Of a stretch of 64,000 nucleotides of DNA, positions 36,795 to 45,438 are shown piece by piece (position 1 is the stretch's first letter; each line of letters starts with the position of its first letter). The position numbers and the translations under genes are program-made. Under the pieces are notes generated by a model that did no database searches, was not told the origin of the DNA, and saw only the letters and a program-made list of their open reading frames with translations. This DNA comes from an uncultured Gemmatimonadaceae bacterium (GTDB lineage: Bacteria; Gemmatimonadota; Gemmatimonadetes; Gemmatimonadales; Gemmatimonadaceae), in NCBI GenBank assembly GCA_963761305.1, contig CAVXGK010000002.1:1568001-1632000 (forward strand). Reading direction: 5' to 3'.

Positions 36795-37891
36795 TGCGTT
36801 GGTCATGGACGATCGCAAGAGTCAAGGGCATCGACGTCGACATTCACGCGACGTTTCTGCTCTTGCTCGCCTGGATCGCGCTCGCCGACTACCAGATTGC
36901 GCACACCAAGTCGGCGGCGGTGATTGGCATTCTCTTCACGCTGGCGATCTTCGCGTCGGTCGTGCTGCACGAGTTCGGTCACGCGCTCACGGCGGCGCGT
37001 TTCGGTGTGAAGACGCGCAGCATCACTCTGCTGCCCATCGGCGGCGTCGCCCGACTCGAACGCATGCCCTCGCGCCCGCGCGAGGAGCTGATCATCGCGT
37101 TGGCCGGACCAGCCGTGACGGTGGCGATCATCGTCGTGCTGTACGCGGTACTGCGGCTGGCGCGCGTCCCGGTCGTCTCGTCGCCCACGCCGCTCGGCTT
37201 CTGGTCGTTCGTCGCTCAGGTGATGTGGGTGAACGTCGTGCTGGCGTTCTTCAACCTGCTTCCCGCGTTCCCGATGGACGGCGGGCGGGTGCTGCGCGCC
37301 GCGCTGGCGATGCGAATGTCGTTCGAGCACGCGACGGAGATCGCCGCGCGGATCGGCAAGGCGTTCGCGCTGTTGTTCGCGCTGTTCGGGCTGTTCGTCG
37401 TGAACAACCCGTTCCTCGTGATCATCGGCGTCTTCGTGTGGCTGGCGGCCGCGGCCGAATCGCACGCTGCCCAGCTCAAGATGACGGTCGGCAACGTCGC
37501 GGTCTCGAAGGCGATGATCACCGACGTGCGCACGCTGGCGCCGACGGAGTCGGTCTCAGCGGCGATCGAAGAAGTGCGTTCCGGTTTTCAGCACGACTTC
37601 CCGGTCGTGGACGGCAACGGGATCGAGGGCGTGCTGACGCGCGAGGGATTGTTGCGCGCGATGGCCGAGGGCCATTCGGAGGAACCGGTCGGCCAGGTGA
37701 TGCAGCGGAACTTCTGCGCGACGACGCCCGACGAATCGCTCGAGCAGGCGATGCAACGGTTGCAGGAAGGGCACTGTCAGGCGATGCCCGTGCTGCGCGG
37801 ACGCCAGGTCGTCGGATTGCTGACGGCGGAGAAGATTCAGGAGTACGTGCTGATCTCCACCGCCGCGCGCGCGGGCCGCGCCGCAGCGTAG
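36794..37891 (+). CDS. Site-2 protease (M50) with tandem CBS domains
   Basis: VVLHEFGH, IALAGP, FNLLPAFPMDGGRVLRA; C-terminal CBS pair; TGATG overlap with the upstream gene. Confidence 0.93.
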   Translation: MRWSWTIARVKGIDVDIHATFLLLLAWIALADYQIAHTKSAAVIGILFTLAIFASVVLHEFGHALTAARFGVKTRSITLLPIGGVARLERMPSRPREELIIALAGPAVTVAIIVVLYAVLRLARVPVVSSPTPLGFWSFVAQVMWVNVVLAFFNLLPAFPMDGGRVLRAALAMRMSFEHATEIAARIGKAFALLFALFGLFVVNNPFLVIIGVFVWLAAAAESHAAQLKMTVGNVAVSKAMITDVRTLAPTESVSAAIEEVRSGFQHDFPVVDGNGIEGVLTREGLLRAMAEGHSEEPVGQVMQRNFCATTPDESLEQAMQRLQEGHCQAMPVLRGRQVVGLLTAEKIQEYVLISTAARAGRAAA

Positions 37892-37910
37892 CCCGCGCGC
37901 CGAGAACGCG

Positions 37911-40649
37911 TCACTTCTTGTCGATCGACGCGTTCTCGCGGTAGTAGTCGCCGAGCAGATGTTCGGCGAAGTACTCGAACATCAGGTGGTTCGTGTACGG
38001 CGTGTCGTCGCCGTACCCGTGCGGTTTTCCCGGCAGCAGCATGAAGTCGAACCGCTTGTTCGCCTTGATCAGCGCGTTCACCAGGCGGATGGTGTTGGCC
38101 GGATGAACGTTGTTGTCCATGTCGCCGGTCTCGAGGAGCAAGTTGCCCTTGAGATTCGCCGCCAGGTCGACCGTCGTCGGCACGTGAATCTGGAACGCGT
38201 CGGTCGTGTCGTCGTCGGCGATGGACCCGTCGACCAGAGTCGGTGCCGCGGCCGCACGCCCCCGCCCACCGCCGTTCGGCGCGCCGCCGTTGCCATTGCC
38301 GTCCTGCGACGCGGAGCCCGCTTGGACCACGCCGGTCCGGCCGCCCGCCTTCGCCACGATCTTGAGCCCGTGGTACTGCTCGCTCCAGTTCTGGTTGTAG
38401 ATGTTGTTGTCATGGTTTCCTGATTCGCTCACGCCGACTTTGAAGAACTCGTTGTACGGCGGGAGGAGCATCGCTGCGGCGGTGAGGAATCCGCCGCCCG
38501 AATGGCCGTAGATGCCAACGCGGTCGAGGTCGATCCACTTGTAGCGCGCGGCGAGTTGCTCGATGCCCGCCTTTTTGTCGGCCAGCGCGTAGTCACGCAG
38601 GTTGTAATAGCTGTATCCCTGATATTCCTGCGACCGCTGCGGGCTGCCGCCGCGGTTGCCGATCTGGATGACGATGAACCCGAGTTGCGCCAACTGCTGT
38701 GGGATCGCGGTCGGCGAGAAAGTGAAGTTCACCGTTTCGGTCTGCGGCCCCGGGTACACGTTGGCGATGATCGGATACTTCTTCGTCGAGTCGAAGTTGA
38801 ACGGCTTCCACATGTTGCCGTAGATGTCGGTAACGCCGTCGGCGGCCTTCGTCTGGAATTTCTCCGGCGCCCTCCAGCCGAGCTCCTTGAGACCCGACAC
38901 GTCCATCGTCTCGAGATCCATCACGGTCTTGCCCGTCGCGTCGCGCAGCACGGCGTGCGGCACGAGGTCGACGCGCGACGAGTTGTCGACGATCCACTTC
39001 ATGTTCGACGAGAGCCGCGAATCGTGCGACGCGTCGCCGGCATCGAGCATGGCGAAGCCGGTGCCGTCGAGATTCACGCGATACGTGTGGGTGTAGTACG
39101 GATTCTCACCCGGTTCGCGCCCGACCGCCGCGAAGTACAGCACGCCCTTCACCGAATCGACGTCGACGATCCGTTCGGCGCGCCATGCGCCGGACGTCAA
39201 CGCGCGTTTCAGGTGGCCGCCGTTGTCGTACAGGTAGTAGTGGCCCCAGCCGGAACGCTCGGACCACCAGATGAAATCGCCGCCCGTCTTCACGTAGCGC
39301 ACGTTCTGCCGCTCGCTCGAGTTGTTCTCGATGTCCTCGTGCAGCAGTTGCGTCGTCGTCTGCGCGGGCAACGCGATGTCGATCAGCTCGAAGTGCCGCT
39401 GCGTGCGGTCGCGCCGCACCAGTCGCAGGTGGTCGGCGGTGCCGTCCCAGTGCAGATCGAACAGCCGCTGGTCCTTCCACTTCTTGATGGTCACCGGCGT
39501 GAGTTTTGTGTCGCCCACGCGCCACGACCACAGCTCCTCCACGCCAACCTCGGTCTCACCGGGCATGGCGTACGTGTACTCCATCAACTCCGGACGCGGG
39601 TTCGCGAGGTTGTTGACGAGATAGAGCGGCTTGACCTTGCGCTGGTCGTTGCGGATCACGGCGAATCCTTTCGAGTCCTGCGACCAGACGACGTTCGCGC
39701 GGACGCGCGGATCGCGATTCACGCCACCGCGCCCGCCGCCACCGTCATTGCCCCCGCCCTGCTGCGTCGAATCGTCCTGCTGCGTTTGTTGCCGTTGCAG
39801 TTCCTGCTGCTGCCGGTCCTGGAGCGTGTCGCGCGCGCCGAAGCTGTAGTTCTTCACGCCGTCGTGCGTGAGCTGCACGGTGTCCTTCGACGACACCTTC
39901 ACGAGATAGAGATTGTGATCGCGCGCGAACGCGAACATGCTGCTGTCGGGCGAGTAGTTGTGGAAATCGCCGCCGCGGCCGCCGCCGAAACCACCGCCCC
40001 CGCCACCACCGCCGCCCGCGCGGCCGCCACCCCCGCCGCCGCACGTGTTCACCGTATCCGGAGGCGCGGCGTTACCTGCGACACCGTCGACGCCACCGCG
40101 ACCACCGCGGCCACCGCGGCCCGCCCCGCCCGCCCCGCCCGCCGCTCCGCCGGCGTTCGCCGGTCCGACGCGCGTCAACGTTTCAGCCGCGACGTTCCAC
40201 TCCCACTTGGAGCTGTCGGCTGTGAACGTGAACGTCTTCCGGTCCTTGGAGAACGTGAGCGAATTGAACGGAAGGCTCTGCGGGTCGTGTGCGTGGTGGC
40301 TCAGGTCCGACAGCTGAGACGCAAGCTTCACCTGATCGAACAGCGGCTTCTTGGTCTTCGTCGTCGGAACGACGAGAAAGAACGTGCTCCCCGTGTGGTC
40401 CTTCCAGTCGTAACAGAGCGAATCGCTCTGTCCGAGCCAGTGCGGGTTCACGGCGCTCGTGTAGACGCGCGAGCGCAGGCTCGCCGCCGAGAATTTGTCG
40501 GCGAGCTCCCAATTCGCTTTGTTGCCGTGATCCTGGGCCGCCGCCGTCGACGCGACGGCGCCGATGAGCGCCAGGCCAAGTTGGACGGCACGGACAACCG
40601 GCGCGAACCTCGAACCGTTCCGGCGGGGGCGGGGGCGGCGCATGGACAT
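37911..40649 (-). CDS. Secreted S9 family (DPP IV-like) peptidase
   Basis: WSERSGWGHYYLY, YPGPQ, GIYGHSGGG nucleophile, GDMDNNVHP, PGKPHGY. Confidence 0.93.
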   Translation of the reverse strand: MSMRRPRPRRNGSRFAPVVRAVQLGLALIGAVASTAAAQDHGNKANWELADKFSAASLRSRVYTSAVNPHWLGQSDSLCYDWKDHTGSTFFLVVPTTKTKKPLFDQVKLASQLSDLSHHAHDPQSLPFNSLTFSKDRKTFTFTADSSKWEWNVAAETLTRVGPANAGGAAGGAGGAGRGGRGGRGGVDGVAGNAAPPDTVNTCGGGGGGRAGGGGGGGGGFGGGRGGDFHNYSPDSSMFAFARDHNLYLVKVSSKDTVQLTHDGVKNYSFGARDTLQDRQQQELQRQQTQQDDSTQQGGGNDGGGGRGGVNRDPRVRANVVWSQDSKGFAVIRNDQRKVKPLYLVNNLANPRPELMEYTYAMPGETEVGVEELWSWRVGDTKLTPVTIKKWKDQRLFDLHWDGTADHLRLVRRDRTQRHFELIDIALPAQTTTQLLHEDIENNSSERQNVRYVKTGGDFIWWSERSGWGHYYLYDNGGHLKRALTSGAWRAERIVDVDSVKGVLYFAAVGREPGENPYYTHTYRVNLDGTGFAMLDAGDASHDSRLSSNMKWIVDNSSRVDLVPHAVLRDATGKTVMDLETMDVSGLKELGWRAPEKFQTKAADGVTDIYGNMWKPFNFDSTKKYPIIANVYPGPQTETVNFTFSPTAIPQQLAQLGFIVIQIGNRGGSPQRSQEYQGYSYYNLRDYALADKKAGIEQLAARYKWIDLDRVGIYGHSGGGFLTAAAMLLPPYNEFFKVGVSESGNHDNNIYNQNWSEQYHGLKIVAKAGGRTGVVQAGSASQDGNGNGGAPNGGGRGRAAAAPTLVDGSIADDDTTDAFQIHVPTTVDLAANLKGNLLLETGDMDNNVHPANTIRLVNALIKANKRFDFMLLPGKPHGYGDDTPYTNHLMFEYFAEHLLGDYYRENASIDKK

Positions 40650-40780
40650 ACTCTCCCGATGTGCTGGACAGCGTGGATGCGGCGGACGATTCGTCGTTCG
40701 CCGCGGTTGGCAATGATTTGCAGGGGTGCCAGACTTCTGGGAAGGGCTACGCGGAAGCCGCGTCCCGTGCTGCCGCCGGA

Positions 40781-41563
40781 TCAGCGGGGCGTCGCGACTT
40801 CCTTGGTCGTGGAGCCCACGCCGTCTTCGTCGGCCGCCACTTGGACGACGATCGCCGTGATGTTGTCCAGTCCGCCCCGCCCGTTCGCCTCGGAAATCAA
40901 CGCCAGAACTTTGCGTTCCGGCTCGGCGCGCGACATGAGGAGGATCTGGAGGCGGCGGTCGTCCACCATGCTCGTGAGCCCGTCGCTCGCCACGAGGAAC
41001 AGGTCGCCGACGCTGACGTCGCCGTGGTAGATGTCCGGCTCCACGTCGGGGCTCGCGCCCACGCAGCGCGTGATGACGTTGCTGTACGGATGGTACCGCG
41101 CCTGTTCCGGCGTCAGGAACCCGGCGTCGACCTGCTCCTGCACGTAGGAGTGGTCCTTCGTGAGTTGGTGCAGCGCGCCGTCGCGGAGCAGATACACGCG
41201 CGAATCGCCAACCTGGCCGATCAGGTACTGCGAGTCATAGATGAGCAGCACCGACGCCGTCGTCCCCATCCCCTGCTTGTCGACTTCGGTGATGGTGCGC
41301 TCGTGGATGTTTCGATTCGCCTTGCGCAGCGCCTGACTCAGGCGATCACCGGTCGACGCGTCGAGGTCTCTGAGACTATCGAGCTCCTGCTCGATGGTCT
41401 GCACGGCCATCTCGCTGGCGACTTCGCCGGCGGCGTGGCCGCCCATGCCGTCGGCGACGACGAACAGCCCGCGGTTTCCGCGGGCCATCACGGCGAAGTT
41501 GTCCTCGTTCCCGGACCGGATCATGCCCACGTCGGTCCGGGCGGCGTGAAGCAGGCGTACCAT
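40781..41563 (-). CDS. PP2C-family Ser/Thr protein phosphatase (Stp1/PrpC-like)
   Basis: TDVGMIRSGNED, VADGMGGHAAGEVAS, MGTT, VGDSRVY, ASDGLT, GGLDNIT; TGATG overlap. Confidence 0.95.
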   Translation of the reverse strand: MVRLLHAARTDVGMIRSGNEDNFAVMARGNRGLFVVADGMGGHAAGEVASEMAVQTIEQELDSLRDLDASTGDRLSQALRKANRNIHERTITEVDKQGMGTTASVLLIYDSQYLIGQVGDSRVYLLRDGALHQLTKDHSYVQEQVDAGFLTPEQARYHPYSNVITRCVGASPDVEPDIYHGDVSVGDLFLVASDGLTSMVDDRRLQILLMSRAEPERKVLALISEANGRGGLDNITAIVVQVAADEDGVGSTTKEVATPR

Positions 41564-42603
41564 CAATGCTGGAGCATGTAGTAGGCGATAAAGAGCAGCA
41601 GGAGCAGGACGACGGCCCATGCCCAACCGAAACGCGTTCCGCCGTCTTCCCGCGCTTGAGACTGGGCGACGGCCGTGGACGCGGACACGGGCGTGTGCGG
41701 AGTGGCCCGCCGTTTGTCCTGATACGCCAGCCGGCTCGAGATGGCGTGCGCGCTGGACGGCGTCCGGCGGACGGGCGACACGTCACGATTCGACTTTGGC
41801 TTGGGCGCGAACGACTGGATCGATCGCGCCGGCGCCAACGAGGTCGCGTCCGCGTAGAAGCGGAATTCCTCCTTGGCGATGCGAATCATGTCGGCGCGAT
41901 GCAGCAGATGCGTCCCCTTGATCTTGGTGCCGTTCACGTAGACCCCGTTCGAGCTCAGGTCCTTCAATTCATAACCCCGCAGTGTCGGCGTGATCACGGC
42001 GTGTCTTCGCGATACCTGTTTGGCCGCCAGCACGACGTCCGATCCCGACTCGCGTCCAATAGTCAATCCCGTCTCAGCCACCGTGTACTCCCGACCGTCC
42101 ACCAGCGACACGAGCCGGCCGCCGGAGGCACCGCCCAAGGGATTCGTGACCACCGTCTCCACGCCGGCCACCGCGGGCGACGGCCCTCGAATCGTTTCTC
42201 CCAGCTGGATCGGCTCTCCCAACTTCGGACTCGGAGGAGGGGGGGGCGTCGTTGCGGTCGTTGCGGTCGCTACCGCGGCGGCGATTTCCGCGCGCGGAAT
42301 GAACGTCGTTGCACCCGTCTTCGAGTCGTCGGAATACGATACCTCTTTCCCCCCGATGTCCAGCTTGTCCCCGTGCAGCAACGGCGTCGGATCGGTCAAC
42401 AACACGCCGTTCACCATGACGGCGGCCGTTTTTCCCGGCGGCGGACGAATCACAACGCCCTCGGTCCCCGTCACTTCGATGATCGCCTGCACGCCCAACG
42501 AGACGTCCGGCGAAATGGTTATCTCGACGAAATCGCCGCCACCAAGTCGGTTGGTTCCCGGGCGCAGTTGGAACTGTTGATCGTTCAGCTTGATGACCGG
42601 CAT
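41563..42603 (-). CDS. Double FHA-domain membrane-anchored protein
   Basis: TIGRESGSDVV...VSRRHA...DLSSNGVYVNG; degenerate N-terminal FHA; C-terminal TM. Confidence 0.88.
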   Translation of the reverse strand: MPVIKLNDQQFQLRPGTNRLGGGDFVEITISPDVSLGVQAIIEVTGTEGVVIRPPPGKTAAVMVNGVLLTDPTPLLHGDKLDIGGKEVSYSDDSKTGATTFIPRAEIAAAVATATTATTPPPPPSPKLGEPIQLGETIRGPSPAVAGVETVVTNPLGGASGGRLVSLVDGREYTVAETGLTIGRESGSDVVLAAKQVSRRHAVITPTLRGYELKDLSSNGVYVNGTKIKGTHLLHRADMIRIAKEEFRFYADATSLAPARSIQSFAPKPKSNRDVSPVRRTPSSAHAISSRLAYQDKRRATPHTPVSASTAVAQSQAREDGGTRFGWAWAVVLLLLLFIAYYMLQH

Positions 42604-42669
42604 CGCGATGCGCTCGAAAACGGACGGTTCCGGCAGAAAGTACCCCATCGGCCATCACAGAGGCAAGCA

Positions 42670-44565
42670 TCACGCGCCGGCGCGAACCGCCGCGCGCGCG
42701 GCCGCGGGTTCGTCGACATTCGATTCGTTTGAATCGCCACGCAAGGCATCGCTGACCGCGCCCGCCTGTAATCGATACAAACGCTCGTAGAGGCCCCGTC
42801 GCGCCAGCAGTTCGCGGTGCGTCCCTCGCTCGCGCACCTGGCCGTGGTGCAACACGAGAATCTCGTCCGCGCCGACAATTGTACTCAATCGATGCGCCAC
42901 GGCGATCGTCGTGCGGCCGGACATGAGCGTCGCCAGCGCGGTCTGGATCTCCGCCTCGATCTCGCTGTCCACGGCGCTCGTCGCCTCGTCCAGCACCAGC
43001 AGCGCCGGATCGGCGGCGATCGCGCGCGCAAACGACAGGAGCTGCCGCTCCCCCACGCTGATCGACGCCCCACGCTCGGCGAGCATCTGCTGGTAGCCGC
43101 CGGGCAGGCGTCTGATCACCCGGTCCGCACCCACGCGCGCAGCCGCCGCCGCGACTTCCAGCTCGGAGATCTCGTTCGACAACCGGATGTTCGTGAGCAC
43201 GTCGCCCGCGAAGAGGAAGATGTCCTGCTGCACGTACCCGATCAGTCCCCGCAGCTCGGCGACCGGCATCTCTCGGATGTCTACGCCGTCCACGAGGATG
43301 CGGCCGCGCTGCGGGTCGTAAAATCGGAGGAGGAGGCTGATGATGGTCGTCTTCCCCGCGCCTGTGTGTCCCACAAGCGCGAGGGTTCGTCCGGTCTCGA
43401 CTTTAAAGCTCACACCCTTCAGCACCCACTCCGGCGACACGGACCGGCCTCCCTCGCGTGCGACATGGCCAAGGTCGTATGCGAACCAAACGTCGTCGAA
43501 CTCCACGCGCACCCCGTGCCGGCGCGGGGCCGCCGTCGCCGACTCCGGCGCCGTGGTCAACGCCGCCAGGCCGACGGCTTCCGGCTCGTCGAGCAACCGG
43601 AAAACTCGCTCGCTCGCCGCCATGGCCTGCTGCAGCGTGTTGAACTTGTCCGAAAGATCCTGCAACGGCTGGAAGAACCGCCGCACGAGCTGCAGAAACG
43701 CGGCGACCGTCCCCACGGTCAACGATCCGATCTCCACGCGATGCGCGCCGGCCACGATGAGGCTCGCCAACGCGATCGTCGTCAGCACCTCGATCACCGG
43801 GAAGTAGAGCGCGTAGTAGGTGATCGAATCGAGATTCGCCTTCAGATGTCCGTGATTCAATTCGTCGAAGCGCTTCGCCTCCGACGCTTCGCGGCCGAAC
43901 AGCTGCATGACGCGAATGCCGGTGATGCGCTCTTGCAGAAACGCGTTGATCCGCGCCAGCCGCGCGCGAATGTCGCGATACGAGTCGCGCACCTTGAGCC
44001 GGAAGGCGTACGACGCCGCGTAGACCAGTGGAATCACCGCGAACGACGCGAGCGCGAGCCGCCAATCCGTCACCAGCATCAACCCGCTGATGGCGAGCAG
44101 CGTGAAGAGGTCGCCCAACCCGGCGACGACTCCCGCCGTGAACAGCTCGTTCAGCGCTTCGACATCCGACGTCACGCGCGTGACGAGACGGCCCACCGGA
44201 TTGCGATCGAAGAACGTGATCGACAAGCGCTGGACATGGCCGAAGATGTCGCGGCGCAGATCGCGCATCACGCGCTGGCCGAGGAGCGCGGTGAGCATGG
44301 TTTCGCCGTATTGGCAGGCGAACCCGATGACGAGAGACGCCGCGAAGAGGGTCGCCGCGTGCCACACCATCGTCCCCGAATGCGCCGGGAGCGCCACGTC
44401 GATCACGCGCTGCGTCATCAACGGGCCGACCAACTGCATGAGCCCGTCGACGATCAAACAGGCGAGCGCACTGATGATCAGCCACCAGTACGGGCGCGCG
44501 TAGACGAACAGCCGGCGCATCAGCCGGGCGTCGAACGGCTTTCCGGTGAGTTCGTCGTCGTGCAT
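42670..44565 (-). CDS. ABC exporter, fused TMD-NBD (MsbA/multidrug-like)
   Basis: GHTGAGKTT, ISVGERQLLSFARA, LVLDEATS, IAVAHRLST. Confidence 0.95.
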   Translation of the reverse strand: MHDDELTGKPFDARLMRRLFVYARPYWWLIISALACLIVDGLMQLVGPLMTQRVIDVALPAHSGTMVWHAATLFAASLVIGFACQYGETMLTALLGQRVMRDLRRDIFGHVQRLSITFFDRNPVGRLVTRVTSDVEALNELFTAGVVAGLGDLFTLLAISGLMLVTDWRLALASFAVIPLVYAASYAFRLKVRDSYRDIRARLARINAFLQERITGIRVMQLFGREASEAKRFDELNHGHLKANLDSITYYALYFPVIEVLTTIALASLIVAGAHRVEIGSLTVGTVAAFLQLVRRFFQPLQDLSDKFNTLQQAMAASERVFRLLDEPEAVGLAALTTAPESATAAPRRHGVRVEFDDVWFAYDLGHVAREGGRSVSPEWVLKGVSFKVETGRTLALVGHTGAGKTTIISLLLRFYDPQRGRILVDGVDIREMPVAELRGLIGYVQQDIFLFAGDVLTNIRLSNEISELEVAAAAARVGADRVIRRLPGGYQQMLAERGASISVGERQLLSFARAIAADPALLVLDEATSAVDSEIEAEIQTALATLMSGRTTIAVAHRLSTIVGADEILVLHHGQVRERGTHRELLARRGLYERLYRLQAGAVSDALRGDSNESNVDEPAAARAAVRAGA

Positions 44566-44687
44566 ATTGGAAACGTAGTCGCCGGCGAGACGTCCTCGTC
44601 CGGTGCAGGCGTCGCAGAACCGGAAGTGGTATGTGGGTTGCGTGCCTCGTTGGCTCAGCCAACCACTCCATAACCGGAGGCGATCGT

Positions 44688-44960
44688 ATGGGTGTTATCG
44701 CGTGGATCGTGCTCGGCTTGATCGCCGGCGCGATCGCCAAGGCGATCATGCCAGGCAAGGATCCCGGTGGGATCATCGTCACCGCCGTCATCGGGATCGT
44801 AGGCGCACTCGTCGGCGGTTACATCGGCAACCTCATCACTGGAACTGGGCTCACCGGTTTCTCTCTGTGGAGCATCATTCTCGCGATCGTAGGGTCGCTG
44901 ATCCTGCTCTGGATCTATCGCGCGGCAACGCGCTCGCGTCACACGACGCCGCCGATGTAG
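44688..44960 (+). CDS. GlsB/YeaQ/YmgE (transglycosylase-associated) membrane protein
   Basis: GGAGG RBS; IAWIVLGLIAGAIAKAIMPGKDPGG...IGIVGALVGG. Confidence 0.92.
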   Translation: MGVIAWIVLGLIAGAIAKAIMPGKDPGGIIVTAVIGIVGALVGGYIGNLITGTGLTGFSLWSIILAIVGSLILLWIYRAATRSRHTTPPM

Positions 44961-45030
44961 TTCGTTCGGTGCGGGCCTGGAAGAGCCGCGGCGGGTGGGC
45001 TCTCGTGGCGACGTGGGTAACCGCGTAGCC

Positions 45031-45300
45031 ATGCCGCTGTGGCTCTTCTGGATCCTGCTCGGTCTGATTGCCGGAACGCTGGCCAAGTTTCTCATGCCCG
45101 GTCGAGATCCCGCCGGGTGTGTGTTCACTATTGTGCTCGGCATCGTCGGCGCGATGCTCGGCGGTTTGATCGGTACCCAGCTCGGCTGGGGGCGCGTCAC
45201 CGCGGGCGATCTCGACTTTCGGTCGATCGGCATCGCGACGTTCGGTGCGCTCATCCTGCTGCTTGTCGGGCGATTGCTTCGCCGGCGTCCGACTCGGTGA
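45031..45300 (+). CDS. GlsB/YeaQ/YmgE membrane protein (tandem paralogue)
   Basis: WILLGLIAGTLAKFLMPGRDPAG...LGIVGAMLGG. Confidence 0.9.
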   Translation: MPLWLFWILLGLIAGTLAKFLMPGRDPAGCVFTIVLGIVGAMLGGLIGTQLGWGRVTAGDLDFRSIGIATFGALILLLVGRLLRRRPTR

Positions 45301-45341
45301 CGCTGTATGCTCGCGAAACGCTCACGACGCGAGCCGAGAGG

Positions 45342-45376
45342 TCAGACGTCTGAAATCTGACGTCAGACGTCCGATA
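45342..45376. repeat. Five 7-bp tandem repeats
   Basis: TCAGACG TCTGAAA TCTGACG TCAGACG TCCGATA. Confidence 0.6.
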
Positions 45377-45438
45377 TCTTCCGGCTGTTTCGGTCCACGT
45401 GCTTCGCCATTTCTTCGGTGCCCGACTAAATTGGGTAC

